A stretch of 44,014 nt of DNA from an uncultured Nitrospiraceae bacterium (GCA_947085205.1 CAMTVO010000011.1:1-44014), one strand, 5' to 3'. Counted from the stretch's first letter, positions 1 to 11,857 are shown. A program made the numbers and translations. Notes: a model not told the origin generated them from the letters alone.

Positions 1-152
1 TACTCAATGCCGACTTTGCATCAAATATGAACGCTATCTTTGAGGAAGACCTGAAAAATTCAACCGGAATAACGCTTGACGAATGGCTTAAAAGGCCATT
101 CAGAGAAAAAATGAAAGAATGTTTCTTTTCATTATTCAGAAAAAGGCTCTAA
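1..152 (+). CDS. 3' end of cardiolipin synthase / phospholipase D family protein (partial)
   Basis: Frame 3 reads LNADFASNMNAIFEEDLKNSTGITLDEWLKRPFREKMKECFFSLFRKRL*, a typical Cls C-terminus; TAA at 150-152. Confidence 0.7.
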   Translation, partial: LNADFASNMNAIFEEDLKNSTGITLDEWLKRPFREKMKECFFSLFRKRL

Positions 153-168
153 CCTTTTCCATTTTTTG

Positions 169-1488
169 TTATCTCTTTTGTAAAGCCTTCTGCAAAAAGC
201 TGCATCCCTTTTCAGATCCCATATCACAGGCCTTTTGGAAATCAGAGATGGCCCTCGGATTGCCGATTTCAGCGTAGACCATGCCGCGTACGTTGTAAGC
301 ATCGGCTTTTTTTGGATTCAAATCTATGGCCCGGTTCAAGTCCCCGATTGCCCGGTCGAACTGCTTCTTGATTGCAAGAGTGAGTCCACGTCCCAGATAA
401 GCGTTCGCATTGCGCGGGCTCAGTTCTATGGTTTTGCTAAAATCATCAATAGCTTTGTCGTACTGTTTTTCTTTCAGAAAAACTCCGCCGCGGTTCGAGT
501 AGGCTATGGCGCTCCAGATGCCTCCTTTGGCAATGACCTTGCTGAAATCCGCAACTGCCTTTGAGACATCCTTACTCTTCTCCTGCATATAGATGAATCC
601 TCGGCCCACGTAGGCCACGTCCTCATCCTGGTCCATGGCAATGGCCTTGTTCAGTTCTCCAATCGCCTTGTCATATTCCTCCTGATAGATGTATATGGCC
701 CCTTGGGCAAAAAAAGCCGAATAACTTCCAGGCTTCAGGACAATCACCTTGCGGAAGTCCTTGACGGCCTGCTCAAATTGTCCCTGATCGCCCGTATCAA
801 GCCCCCGGTTATAATAAGCAATACCCCGGTTGTTGTAGGCCTCTGCGTAATCAGGGTTCAGGGCAATCGCGTTGGTATATTCCTCAATACCTCTGCCCTC
901 TTCATTGCCGACGGTATGGCGTAATCCTTTTTCAAACCACTGATTTGCCTGAAACATTCTCTCATCATCTGTAATCTTTGCCTCTACTTTTTTCTTTTCC
1001 TTTTCACCCTTTGCCCCTGCCAATTGTTTCTTTAATTCTTCAATATCCTTCTGGCTCTTATCGTAAGCCTCCTGTATCTTCTTGTAATCCTCTATAACCG
1101 ATTTCCCTTTTACCCTTTTTGCCATCTCTTGAATCTTATCAAGATTGACCTTTGCCTTTATCTTTACCCAAAAGCGAAAGCCGTCGCCGACAATAGTCCT
1201 TTTCTTATCAAGCATCTCAACTTCCATAATCCCTGATGCAAGCACCTGTATCTCATCTTTAGTTACTTGCATATGCTCCACTTTTGTATAACTCTCAACA
1301 TAGGTCCCTGCCTGCTCAAGGGCAGTCCTCTTTGCCTGAAGCAATGCCCTGCTCTCTGCAACAAACGGGGTTTCTCCATCGCCCATATTGTATGCCCCTT
1401 CTGAAATAATCTCCTTACCTGCTGTAAAACCATGTGAGGGATAAAACAAAAAAAGAGCAGCAATCATAATTGAAAAAATATGTTTCAT
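169..1488 (-). CDS. Secreted TPR-repeat protein with N-terminal LPP20/FlgT-like domain and coiled coil
   Basis: Likely start MKHIFS (1488) gives a signal peptide; multiple TPRs (AYNNRG, AYSNRG, AYLGRG, AYNVRG). Confidence 0.8.
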   Translation of the reverse strand: MKHIFSIMIAALFLFYPSHGFTAGKEIISEGAYNMGDGETPFVAESRALLQAKRTALEQAGTYVESYTKVEHMQVTKDEIQVLASGIMEVEMLDKKRTIVGDGFRFWVKIKAKVNLDKIQEMAKRVKGKSVIEDYKKIQEAYDKSQKDIEELKKQLAGAKGEKEKKKVEAKITDDERMFQANQWFEKGLRHTVGNEEGRGIEEYTNAIALNPDYAEAYNNRGIAYYNRGLDTGDQGQFEQAVKDFRKVIVLKPGSYSAFFAQGAIYIYQEEYDKAIGELNKAIAMDQDEDVAYVGRGFIYMQEKSKDVSKAVADFSKVIAKGGIWSAIAYSNRGGVFLKEKQYDKAIDDFSKTIELSPRNANAYLGRGLTLAIKKQFDRAIGDLNRAIDLNPKKADAYNVRGMVYAEIGNPRAISDFQKACDMGSEKGCSFLQKALQKR

Positions 1489-1584
1489 ATTATACCTCTG
1501 TATATAGCACGCTTCGAGCCGATAATTTTTCGGGATTAGAAACTTTAAAGATTCCTCAATGTAGTTATACCTAATTTGAATAGG

Positions 1585-1611
1585 AAAGGGGACATATTTC
1601 ATGCCCCCTTT
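1585..1611 (-). terminator. Probable terminator hairpin of the atp operon
   Basis: AAAGGGGGCAT-GAAAT-ATGTCCCCTTT on the minus strand, about 20 nt after the atpC stop. Confidence 0.55.
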
Positions 1612-1633
1612 GAATTATTCGATGAGAAACTTC

Positions 1634-2044
1634 TTATCTCGCTATTCTTTTCTCCGCTATCTGAATCCTTATGGCTGCCCTTTCGAGCGCTGCGGTAGCC
1701 CTTGCAAAATCTATCTTCTCTGCCTGTTTTAGCCTTTCCTCGGCGCGTTTCATTGCAGCCTTAGCCCTTTCCACATCGATTCCTTCGGACTTCTCTGCAC
1801 TATCGGCAAGTATTACCACTTTATCGGGCAAAACCTCGGCATACCCTGAATTCACAAAGACATATTCGGTCTTGTTATCCCTTTTTAATATCAGCATGCC
1901 AACCTTTAAGGTTGTAATAAAAGGGACATGCCCAGGCAATACACCGAATTCTCCTTCAGTGCCTGATGCGGCTATCTCGTCCACATCCTCGCTGAACACA
2001 AGGCCATGCGGTGTTACAACTTCCAGTTTTAATTTATTTTCCAT
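1634..2044 (-). CDS. atpC: ATP synthase F1 epsilon subunit
   Basis: LEVVTP...GEFGVLPGH motif; last gene of the atp operon. Confidence 0.97.
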   Translation of the reverse strand: MENKLKLEVVTPHGLVFSEDVDEIAASGTEGEFGVLPGHVPFITTLKVGMLILKRDNKTEYVFVNSGYAEVLPDKVVILADSAEKSEGIDVERAKAAMKRAEERLKQAEKIDFARATAALERAAIRIQIAEKRIAR

Positions 2045-2050
2045 TTCCTA

Positions 2051-2076
2051 TAACTCCAAACTCTTAACTCAAAACT
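2051..2076. repeat. Heptamer tandem array in the atpD-atpC spacer
   Basis: TAACTCC AAACTCT TAACTCA AAACT. Confidence 0.7.
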
Positions 2077-2082
2077 GTATTA

Positions 2083-3548
<1,466 letters not shown>

Positions 3549-3550
<2 letters not shown>

Positions 3551-4421
3551 ACTGTTTTAAAGCCTCTACACCGCCTACGATGTCCATTAACTCCTTGGTT
3601 ATGGATGCCTGTCTCGCCTTGTTGTACTGCAAGGTTAAGGAAGATATCATGTCATCTGCAGCCTTTGTGGCGTTCTCCATTGCAGTCATCCTTGCCGCCT
3701 CCTCTGATGCCTGTGATTCAAGGAGAGCCCTAAAGACCTGTATCTCAAGGTTCTTGGGCAGCAACCTTTCGAATATGGTCTGCTGCGAAGGCTCGTAGAG
3801 CAACTCGCCTGCACCTTCCTGCGATTCCTTTTCCTCTGAGGATACAGGCGAAAGCGGAAGCAAACGGACGACAGAAACCCTCTGAACAAGGGCAGACTTA
3901 AATTCATTATAAACGAGCATTACTTCATCAAATGTCTCGTTTGTGTAATTCTCGATTATGTCCTTTGCAACTTCCTGTGCATTGTAATAGGAGACCCTTC
4001 CGGAGAGACCTATCCATGACTGCCTTAATGCGATTTCTCTTCTTCTGAAGAGGTCTGTTCCCTTCTTTCCTATAGCGCTGACACTCACCTCTATGCCTTC
4101 GCTCCGGAGGTCTTTGATGAGCTTTGTCGCTGCCTTCATAACATTGGTATTAAATGCGCCGCAGAGCCCTCGGTCACCTGTAAGCGCCATCACCTCGACC
4201 TTATTTCTCGGTCTTACCTCAAGGAGAGGATGTCCCGTATCTACCGTCTTTGCAAGACTTGTGAGTACAGAATTCATCTTGCCGGCATAAGGTCTCAATT
4301 CAAGGATTCGCCCCTGCGCCCTTCTGAATTTTGCAGCAGCGACCATCTTCATGGCCTTTGTGATCTGCTTTGTGCTCTTAACAGAGCCTACTCTTTTTCT
4401 TATCTCTTTTAAACCAGGCAT
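3549..4421 (-). CDS. atpG: ATP synthase F1 gamma subunit
   Basis: ITKAMKMVAAAK, DRGLCG, YNKARQASIT. Confidence 0.99.
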
Positions 4422-4441
4422 TCACTTACCCCTTATAGTTC

Positions 4442-5950
4442 TCAGATTATGAAGCCTTTTTTGAATTCTTCTATTGCAGAAACGAGCTTTGCCTTCATTG
4501 CGTCGTCGATGACCTTTTTCTCTTTCAGCTCATTTTTGACATCCGCTTTCCTGTCCCTCATGAATGTGAGGAATTCCGCCTCAAACTTCCTGATTGCCTC
4601 AACAGGGATGTCGTCAAGATGCCCCTGTGTCCCTGCAAACAGCAGAGCAATCTGATCCTCAACCGGCAGAGGCACATACTGGTCCTGCTTCAGAAGCTCA
4701 ACCATTCTCTTACCTCTCTCAATCTGCGCCATGGTCGCCTTATCGAGGTCTGCGCCGAATGCGGCGAATGCAGCGAGTTCCCTGAACTGTGCAAGGTCGA
4801 GCCTCAGTGTTCCGGCAACCTGTTTCATTGCCTTTGTCTGCGCTGCGCCGCCGACGCGGCTTACCGAGAGACCTACGTTAACAGCAGGCCTGACGCCGGC
4901 ATAGAAGAGGTCCGGCTCGAGGTATATCTGACCGTCGGTAATCGAAATAACGTTTGTAGGAATATATGCAGAGACGTCTCCTGCCTGCGTCTCGATTATC
5001 GGAAGCGCTGTTAATGAACCTCCGCCAAGCTCATCGCTCATTTTTGCAGCCCTTTCAAGCAGCCTTGAATGGAGATAGAAGACGTCGCCGGGGAATGCCT
5101 CACGTCCCGGAGGACGCCTGAGAAGCAGTGAAAGCTGTCTGTAGGATGTTGCCTGTTTGCTGAGGTCGTCGTATATTATCAATGCGTGCTTTCCATTATC
5201 TCTAAAGTATTCGCCGATTGCGCATCCTGTATAAGGAGCTATGTATTGAAGCGGCGCCGGCTCGCTGGCGGTTGCAGATACGACGATTGTGTGATCCATT
5301 GCGCCGTACTGTTCGAGGGTCTTAACAACACGTGCAACACTCGCCCTCTTCTGTCCAACCGCAACATATATGCAAACAACATCGCCGCCCTTCTGGTTAA
5401 TAATAGCATCGAGGGCGATTGCAGTCTTTCCTGTCTGGCGGTCGCCGATAATTAGCTCTCTCTGTCCCCTTCCGACAGGAATCATCGCGTCTATTGCCTT
5501 TATTCCAGTCTGGAGAGGCTCTCTAACAGGCTGTCTGTCAACGATACCAGGTGCAACGACGTCGACTATCATGCTTGCCTTTGCATTTACAGGGCCTTTT
5601 CCATCAATAGGCTGGCCGATAGCATTAACGACTCTGCCTAGCATTTCTTCTCCGGCAGGAACAGACATAATCTTTCCTGTTCTCTTTACTACATCGCCTT
5701 CTTTAATCAATGTATCCTCACCGAAGAGAACAGCGCCTACCGTATCTTCTTCGAGGTTAAGGGCCATTCCATAAACGCCGTTAGGGAATTCAAGCAGCTC
5801 TGATGCCATGCAGTTATCGAGGCCGTATATCCTTGCGATACCGTCGCCGACACTTGTAACAACGCCGACTTCGCTGACATCAATGCGCTTTTCAAAATCG
5901 GTTATTTGTTTCTTTAGATGCTCGCTAATCTCTTCCACTTTGATTTCCAT
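4442..5950 (-). CDS. atpA: ATP synthase F1 alpha subunit
   Basis: [34 protein letters not shown]. Confidence 0.99.
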   Translation of the reverse strand: MEIKVEEISEHLKKQITDFEKRIDVSEVGVVTSVGDGIARIYGLDNCMASELLEFPNGVYGMALNLEEDTVGAVLFGEDTLIKEGDVVKRTGKIMSVPAGEEMLGRVVNAIGQPIDGKGPVNAKASMIVDVVAPGIVDRQPVREPLQTGIKAIDAMIPVGRGQRELIIGDRQTGKTAIALDAIINQKGGDVVCIYVAVGQKRASVARVVKTLEQYGAMDHTIVVSATASEPAPLQYIAPYTGCAIGEYFRDNGKHALIIYDDLSKQATSYRQLSLLLRRPPGREAFPGDVFYLHSRLLERAAKMSDELGGGSLTALPIIETQAGDVSAYIPTNVISITDGQIYLEPDLFYAGVRPAVNVGLSVSRVGGAAQTKAMKQVAGTLRLDLAQFRELAAFAAFGADLDKATMAQIERGKRMVELLKQDQYVPLPVEDQIALLFAGTQGHLDDIPVEAIRKFEAEFLTFMRDRKADVKNELKEKKVIDDAMKAKLVSAIEEFKKGFII

Positions 5951-5954
5951 ATCT

Positions 5955-6494
5955 TCACCCCTTTATAAGCTTATCTCTTAAAAGCCCTAATTGGCCTTTT
6001 ATACTGCTGTCATACATAGTGCTTCCGACCTTTATGCGGACACCGCCTAAGATGGCGGGGTCTATGACAAACTCGATATCGATATCCCTGCCTGTAATAT
6101 TCTTCAAAGAGCCTTTCAACTTCTCTTCGTAATCCTTGCTGACCTGAACAGGAGATGTAACGACCGCCTTTGCCTTTTTCTTCATTTCAAGATATGCGGC
6201 GACTATGGCCTTGACTATCTCAGGCATTGCGCCAATTGCCTTTGATGCCGAAAGGTGCTGGAGGTATTTGGCTGTCTTATCCGACATCTTCAGCTTCTGG
6301 CCGAGGTAGCCAATAATCTGCCGGCTCTCAGCTTCGCTAAAGACAGGGCTTGCTATAAGGTTTCTGAAGTTCTTGTTCTTCTCCATGAGGCCGGCTATGA
6401 CGCTCAACTGCTCAATCGCCTGCGGCGCCTCGCCCGGATCAACCGTGCTCAAAAACTGCTTAGCGTATCGTTTTACACCTTTTACCTTTCTCAA
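5955..6494 (-). CDS. atpH: ATP synthase delta subunit
   Basis: RYAK N-terminus, DPAILGG...DSSIKGQL C-terminus; operon position. Confidence 0.95.
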   Translation of the reverse strand: MRKVKGVKRYAKQFLSTVDPGEAPQAIEQLSVIAGLMEKNKNFRNLIASPVFSEAESRQIIGYLGQKLKMSDKTAKYLQHLSASKAIGAMPEIVKAIVAAYLEMKKKAKAVVTSPVQVSKDYEEKLKGSLKNITGRDIDIEFVIDPAILGGVRIKVGSTMYDSSIKGQLGLLRDKLIKG

Positions 6495-7174
6495 TTTCTT
6501 CCCTCTAATAATTTAAGAGATTCTTGCATGAGTCTCTCCTGATCGTCCTTTGTCATTTTAGCTTTTATTTTTTCCTCTGCAAGCTGCATAGCAGCCTCGA
6601 CCGCTTCCGCCTTTATTATCTCTTTTGCCTTCTTAACTTCATATTCTATATTGGTCTTTGCCTGCTCCAATATCTTGACCTTTAATTTCTCTCCTTCTTC
6701 TATAAGCCTTTGCTTCTCGCGCTCTCCTGATCCTTTTGCCGATGAAATAATCTCTTCTATTTCCTTATCTTTAATCTTCAGCCTCTCCTCAACCTCTGCG
6801 AGTGCCTTCATCGCAATCTCTTTTGCCTCCTGCGCCTCTTTGATACTCTTCTCTATAAGCTCTTTTCTCTGGCGCAGATAATCCTTTAAAGGCTTATTGA
6901 GGAATTTAACGAGAATAAATACGAGTATTGCAAAATTGAGTATCCTCCATACCCAGTCCATAAGAGAACTGCCGCTATCACCGCCTCCGCCGGCAGCGAA
7001 AACAATATCAGTGAATAGTGAACAGTGAATAGTAAATAGTAAAAAAATAATAGTCAGCAAAAAAACTTTCTTATTTTTTGGCTCATCACTCATAACTCTT
7101 TTTACAGTGTCAGTGTCGGTTTTTTCTAAAAACTCTTGACCCTTAACTCCTAACTTGCAATTGTCTTTCTTCAT
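6491..7174 (-). CDS. atpF: ATP synthase F0 subunit b with repeat-derived N-terminal extension
   Basis: WRILNFAILVFIL TM helix plus long charged helix; exact start uncertain. Confidence 0.9.
   Translation of the reverse strand: MKKDNCKLGVKGQEFLEKTDTDTVKRVMSDEPKNKKVFLLTIIFLLFTIHCSLFTDIVFAAGGGGDSGSSLMDWVWRILNFAILVFILVKFLNKPLKDYLRQRKELIEKSIKEAQEAKEIAMKALAEVEERLKIKDKEIEEIISSAKGSGEREKQRLIEEGEKLKVKILEQAKTNIEYEVKKAKEIIKAEAVEAAMQLAEEKIKAKMTKDDQERLMQESLKLLEGRN
7009..7163. repeat. Cluster of short tandem arrays inside the atpF 5' region
   Basis: CAGTGAA TAGTGAA CAGTGAA TAGTAAA TAGTAAA (7009-7043); GCTCATC ACTCATA ACTC (7081-7098); AACTCTT GACCCTT AACTCCT AACTTGC (7131-7158). Confidence 0.8.
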
Positions 7175-7590
7175 GCCTTCACCAACTTGTTTACGATTTC
7201 TTCTGAGAATCTTTCGATGTCTGCCTTTAATGCTGTCCTTGCCTTTTCAGCCTCCGCCTGAAGCTCCTTTCTTGCCTTTTCGATCATCTCGACAGCCTCT
7301 GCCTCTGTCTTTGAAAGCGTTTCTTTCTGCTTAGTAACGCCCTCTTCCCTCAATGAATCAAACGCGGCCTTCGCCTTATTCTTTGCTGACAGGAGTTCGG
7401 CATTCATCTTTGCAATGGAATCATCTTTTTTAGCAGTTAATGTCTTTGCTTCATCGAGGGCGCCGGTTGTGGCAGCCTCTCTTTCTTTAAATACCTTCGC
7501 GAGGGGTTTAAAAAGAAGTGCGCTTAATACAAAAAATAAGACTATAAAATTTGCGAGGAGGACAAAAAACCACTGATTGAACTCTAACAT
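7171..7590 (-). CDS. ATP synthase F0 subunit b'
   Basis: Start MLEFNQWFFVLLANF with RBS; TM helix, LFKP, then coiled coil. Confidence 0.9.
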   Translation of the reverse strand: MLEFNQWFFVLLANFIVLFFVLSALLFKPLAKVFKEREAATTGALDEAKTLTAKKDDSIAKMNAELLSAKNKAKAAFDSLREEGVTKQKETLSKTEAEAVEMIEKARKELQAEAEKARTALKADIERFSEEIVNKLVKA

Positions 7591-7675
7591 ATAACCACCT
7601 TCCCTGGCACCCTCTTTTGACGCCTTTCTGCGCCTTGCTTTAGTTCTCTGGCCTTTTTGAAAAACGTTGGATTTG

Positions 7676-7704
7676 ACATTACCACACGCCTTTTTTTTTG
7701 TCAA
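7676..7704 (-). promoter_or_regulatory. Sigma70 promoter of the atp operon
   Basis: TTGACA-N17-TAATGT with extended -10 TG. Confidence 0.7.
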
Positions 7705-7779
7705 GGATTTGAGCGATTATAATTTTTTATAATTGATTAGGTTAAAGTTATAATCACCAGATAACGCTCAAAGCGAGCG

Positions 7780-8931
7780 CTAAGAAGCCGCGGACAGTTC
7801 TTCTACACATTTGATTATCGCCTCTGAAGCATTCTCTATTTCGGTAGCAGTATTGTCTTTTCCCGTGCTTAATCTTATCGCCGACAATGCATCTCCATCC
7901 GACAGTCCCATTGCCTTTAAGATAGATGAAAGCTTTCTGATGCCTGCATGGCATGCAGAGCCTGCAGAAAATGCAACTTTATCTTTTAATTGTTCCACAA
8001 TCTCTTCACCTAAAATCCTTGACCCTCGACCCTTGACCCTTGACCCTCTTATAGATATATTCAATGTATTCGGCAGTCTCAGAGTCTTATGCCCGTTAAG
8101 CTTTATGTCGAGTTTGTCTTGCAGCAAAGAAAAAAGCATATCACTGAGTTTCTTTGTATGCCCATATCTAAAAGACACATCCCGCGCTGCAATCTCACAT
8201 GCCTTCCCGAGTCCGGCAATTCCTATTACATTCTCTGTCCCAGGCCTTATTCCTCTTTCATGGGCCGCACCGAACATTATCGGCATCAAATCAATGCCGT
8301 TTCTCAAATATAATGCTCCGATACCTTTCGGCCCGTGGAACTTATGGGATACTACGGTCAGCATATCAACGATTAAATCGGGAACGCGGACTTCCATTTT
8401 TCCTACGCTCTGCGCAGCATCGGAATGAAATGCGATGTTGTATTCCTTTGCAATCTTTCCGATTTCCCGAACAGGCTGGAGCGCTCCGGTCTCATTGTTT
8501 GAGTGCATTATGGTTATCAGAATCGTATCTCTTTTTATAGCCTTTCTTACATCATCCGGGCTTACCATGCCTTCGGAGTTCACAGGAACACATGTAGTTT
8601 CGAAACCCTTCATTTCGAGCCATTTCACAGGGTTTAATACTGCCGGATGTTCGATGATAGATGTTATTATATGTCCTTTTTGATATTTATACGCAGTGCC
8701 AATTATAGCGAGGTTGTTAGATTCTGTGCCGCCTGATGTAAAAACAACCTCTGAAGGCTCACACGAAATCAAATTCGCAACCTGCTTTCTCGCATTATCT
8801 ATTGCAGTCTTTGCTGCCCTGCCTATGCTGTGGCCGCTCGATGGATTACCGAATAAATCAAAGGCATCCGTCATTGCCTTCTTCACTTCTTCGTCAATAG
8901 GTGTTGTAGCATTGTTATCAAGATATATCAT
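7780..8931 (-). CDS. iscS: Cysteine desulfurase (IscS/NifS family)
   Basis: YLDNNATT, FTSGGTESNN, SHKFHGPKG (PLP Lys), GSAC. Confidence 0.9.
   Translation of the reverse strand: MIYLDNNATTPIDEEVKKAMTDAFDLFGNPSSGHSIGRAAKTAIDNARKQVANLISCEPSEVVFTSGGTESNNLAIIGTAYKYQKGHIITSIIEHPAVLNPVKWLEMKGFETTCVPVNSEGMVSPDDVRKAIKRDTILITIMHSNNETGALQPVREIGKIAKEYNIAFHSDAAQSVGKMEVRVPDLIVDMLTVVSHKFHGPKGIGALYLRNGIDLMPIMFGAAHERGIRPGTENVIGIAGLGKACEIAARDVSFRYGHTKKLSDMLFSLLQDKLDIKLNGHKTLRLPNTLNISIRGSRVKGRGSRILGEEIVEQLKDKVAFSAGSACHAGIRKLSSILKAMGLSDGDALSAIRLSTGKDNTATEIENASEAIIKCVEELSAAS
8017..8048. repeat. Heptamer array in frame within iscS
   Basis: GACCCTC GACCCTT GACCCTT GACCCTC; encodes RGSRVKGRGSR. Confidence 0.9.
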
Positions 8932-9812
8932 TCCATGTCCCTGTGTATTACATTAGGCTTTATGCCATGCTTTTCATGTATATGTCTTGCAATCTCCCCG
9001 ACAATAACAGGTGATCTGTGCCTTCCTCCGGTGCATCCGATGCCTATTATCAGATACGCCCTTCCTTCCCTGATGTAATTAGGAATGAGGAAATCCATTA
9101 GACGGATTATGTGCCAAAAAAATTCTTTTGTCTCCTCATTTTTAATGACAAAATCATATACGGCATTATCAGTGCCTTTTAATGGTTTGAGTTCAGGAAT
9201 GAAATATGGATTAGGCAGAAATCTTACATCAAACAGAATATCGACATTCTGCGGCACGCCGAATTTATAGCCGAAGGATATTAAAGATATATTAATGCCC
9301 TGCGTTTCTTCTATATTTCCGTATGTTGATGTTATGAGGTATCTTAACTGATGAGGTGTATAGTTTGAAGTGTCTATTATCTTATCCGCAGCGTCCCTTA
9401 TAACAGACAGCAGAGACCTCTCTTCTTCTATCGCAGCCTCCATATTCATATTGCCGCGCATCGACATCATAGGGTGAGGACGCCTCGTCTCCTTGTACCG
9501 CCTGAGCATGACATCCTTTTCAGCTTCAAGAAACAGTATCTCTATCCTGTACTGGCCTTTGAGAAGGGATAAAATCCTGTAGGCGTCGGAGAGGAATTCC
9601 TTCTCCCTTATATCCATGCCTATCCCTATTCGCTGATAGCTGACAGTTGATGGCTCATGGCTTCTGATCGTAGAGAGAAAGAGTTCTATGAGCGTAACCG
9701 GCAGATTGTCTATGCAGAAATAACCGATGTCTTCGAGGGCTCTCAGGGCAACTGTTTTTCCGGCGCCTGAGAGCCCGCTGACGATAACAACCTTTATCTT
9801 CTCATCTCCCAT
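8928..9812 (-). CDS. rapZ: RNase adapter RapZ (YvcJ family)
   Basis: GLSGAGKT, ETRRPHP, FDVRFLPNP, GCTGGRHRS. Confidence 0.97.
   Translation of the reverse strand: MGDEKIKVVIVSGLSGAGKTVALRALEDIGYFCIDNLPVTLIELFLSTIRSHEPSTVSYQRIGIGMDIREKEFLSDAYRILSLLKGQYRIEILFLEAEKDVMLRRYKETRRPHPMMSMRGNMNMEAAIEEERSLLSVIRDAADKIIDTSNYTPHQLRYLITSTYGNIEETQGINISLISFGYKFGVPQNVDILFDVRFLPNPYFIPELKPLKGTDNAVYDFVIKNEETKEFFWHIIRLMDFLIPNYIREGRAYLIIGIGCTGGRHRSPVIVGEIARHIHEKHGIKPNVIHRDME
9632..9666. repeat. Degenerate heptamer array in frame within rapZ
   Basis: GCTGATA GCTGACA GTTGATG GCTCATG GCTTCTG; encodes SHEPSTVSYQR. Confidence 0.65.
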
Positions 9813-9829
9813 GTATTAACCGCTTATAA

Positions 9830-9877
9830 CGGCAGGTATGCGTGCGGTAAAGCTTTTTACCGTATGCATACCTGCCG
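9830..9877. repeat. 22-bp inverted repeat between hpf and rapZ
   Basis: CGGCAGGTATGCGTGCGGTAAA-GCTT-TTTACCGTATGCATACCTGCCG. Confidence 0.85.
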
Positions 9878-9884
9878 CAAACCA

Positions 9885-10403
9885 TTATCTTACCGGTTCT
9901 ATCAATCCGTAATTGCCGTCTTTCCTTCGGTAAATGACATTAATGTCTCCGCTTATCTGGCTGGCAAACACAAAAAAATCCTTGTCCAGCAGTTCCATCT
10001 GATTAACAGCCTCTTCAGGGTCCATCGGCTTCATATCGAATCTCTTATGCTTTATTATCCTTCCTTTTTCAGAAGCGCCGGCAGGAACCGTTGCTGCCGC
10101 CTTTTTTTCGCCTTTCCTGTATGAATGGATTTTTTCCTTGTGCTTGACAACCTGTTTTTCGAGCTTTTCTACAATCTCATCAATAGCGGAATAAACCTCG
10201 CCTGTCACGCTCTCTGCCTGAATCATAACTCCGTTGACCTTCAAAAGCACTTCTGCCTTATGTCTGTACTTTTCGACACTGAGGGTCACAATAGCTTCTG
10301 TAATATTGGATATATACTTATCAAACCTTCCTATCTTCTCCTCAGCATAACTCCTCAGTGCAGGCGTGATCTCAAGATGACGTCCATTAATGATAATATT
10401 CAT
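9885..10403 (-). CDS. hpf: Ribosome hibernation promoting factor (long HPF)
   Basis: GRHLEITPALRSY N-domain; KPMDPEEAVNQM...YRRKDGNYGLI C-domain. Confidence 0.95.
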   Translation of the reverse strand: MNIIINGRHLEITPALRSYAEEKIGRFDKYISNITEAIVTLSVEKYRHKAEVLLKVNGVMIQAESVTGEVYSAIDEIVEKLEKQVVKHKEKIHSYRKGEKKAAATVPAGASEKGRIIKHKRFDMKPMDPEEAVNQMELLDKDFFVFASQISGDINVIYRRKDGNYGLIEPVR

Positions 10404-10414
10404 AGGTTTCCTCC

Positions 10415-11857
10415 TTACCCATATCTTTTTCTCTGGTTCTGAGGGGGAATCTTCAATTCCTCCCTGTATTTTGCAACTGTCCTTCTTGCGATATTAATGT
10501 TCTGTCCTTTAAGCCTGTCCGCTATCATTTGGTCGCTGAGAGGCTTCTGAGTGGCTTCTTCTAATATGATTTTCTTAATCAAATCCTTTACTGTTGTGGA
10601 TGATACCTCACCATTGTCCGACTGTATTGCGCTGCTGAAAAAGAATCTGAAGCTGAGCACACCGCGATTGCATGCAAGGAATTTGTTCGATGTCACCCTG
10701 CTTACGGTGCTCTCATGCATCTCTATATCTGAAGCCACGTCCCTGAGATTTAAAGGCCTGAGATGTTGCACCCCCTTGTCAAAAAACTCCCTCTGAAAAT
10801 TCAGTATGCTTTTAGATACCTTATAAATGGTCCTGTTCCTCTGGTCAAGGCTCTTAATCAATTCCGTGGCGAGCTTGAGCTTCTCTTTTAAGAAATCCCT
10901 CTCTTCCTTTGTGAGCATATCCTTATTCAAAAGCAGTTTTCTGTAACTGCTGTTCAGCCTCAGCCTCGGCATGCCGTCACCATTCAGGATTATTTGGTAT
11001 CCTTCGTCCGTCTTGGTTATAAACACGTCAGGTACTATATAGTTTGTCTCTGTGCTGGAGAAGCTCGTGGCAGGCCGCGGCTCAAGCCCTTCTATTATCT
11101 TTACAGCAGCTATAATATCATCGAGCGGCGAGTTGTACTGCTTTGCTATGCTGCTGTATTTCTTTTTCTGGAGGTCGTCTATATTATTTTCTATTATCTT
11201 CTCGACAAGTGTATTGCTGAGATTCAAAGCCTTAAGCTGCAGCAAAAGGCACTCCTTCAAATCCCTTGCTCCTACCCCCTGCGGATCGAAGCTCTGAACC
11301 AGCGCTATGGCAGATTTAACAGTATCTCCTGCGGCATTCGTATCTAAACCTACGGCCTTTGAGAGTTCCTCTTCAGTAGCCCTGAGATAGCCGTCATCAT
11401 CGATATTGCCGATTACCGCTTCGGCAACCCTTCTTACCTCGTCGTCTGCGCTGCTCAGCCTTAATTGCCAAAGCAGATGGTCGTACAAATCAGGTTTCTT
11501 GGAGCAGAAAAGCTCATAGGAAGGCTGTTCTTCCATTCCCTGAGAGAAATATCCGAGGTCCCTTCCGTCGCTGCTCCTTTCGTCGAAATATTCGCCAACA
11601 CTGAAGTTTATGAGACTGTCGAAGGGCATTTCTGCATCATCGGCAGGAGCGGACAACTCCATATCCTCAGCCGGATATTCTTCTACTTCAGTCTCCTCAA
11701 CTGATTCTTCCAAAAATGGATTCTCTATAAGCTCATTGTTCAGTGTCTGGGCGAGCTCAAGCTGCGGCATCTGCAGAAGCTTGATAGCCTGCTGAAGCTG
11801 CGGCGTAAGAATAAGCTTTTGCGTAAGCCTTAAATCGAGTCTGCTTTCCAGAGCCAT
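10415..11857 (-). CDS. rpoN: RNA polymerase sigma-54 factor
   Basis: LTPQLQQAIKLLQ; HESTVSR HTH; RpoN box ARRTVAKYRE. Confidence 0.99.
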   Translation of the reverse strand: MALESRLDLRLTQKLILTPQLQQAIKLLQMPQLELAQTLNNELIENPFLEESVEETEVEEYPAEDMELSAPADDAEMPFDSLINFSVGEYFDERSSDGRDLGYFSQGMEEQPSYELFCSKKPDLYDHLLWQLRLSSADDEVRRVAEAVIGNIDDDGYLRATEEELSKAVGLDTNAAGDTVKSAIALVQSFDPQGVGARDLKECLLLQLKALNLSNTLVEKIIENNIDDLQKKKYSSIAKQYNSPLDDIIAAVKIIEGLEPRPATSFSSTETNYIVPDVFITKTDEGYQIILNGDGMPRLRLNSSYRKLLLNKDMLTKEERDFLKEKLKLATELIKSLDQRNRTIYKVSKSILNFQREFFDKGVQHLRPLNLRDVASDIEMHESTVSRVTSNKFLACNRGVLSFRFFFSSAIQSDNGEVSSTTVKDLIKKIILEEATQKPLSDQMIADRLKGQNINIARRTVAKYREELKIPPQNQRKRYG

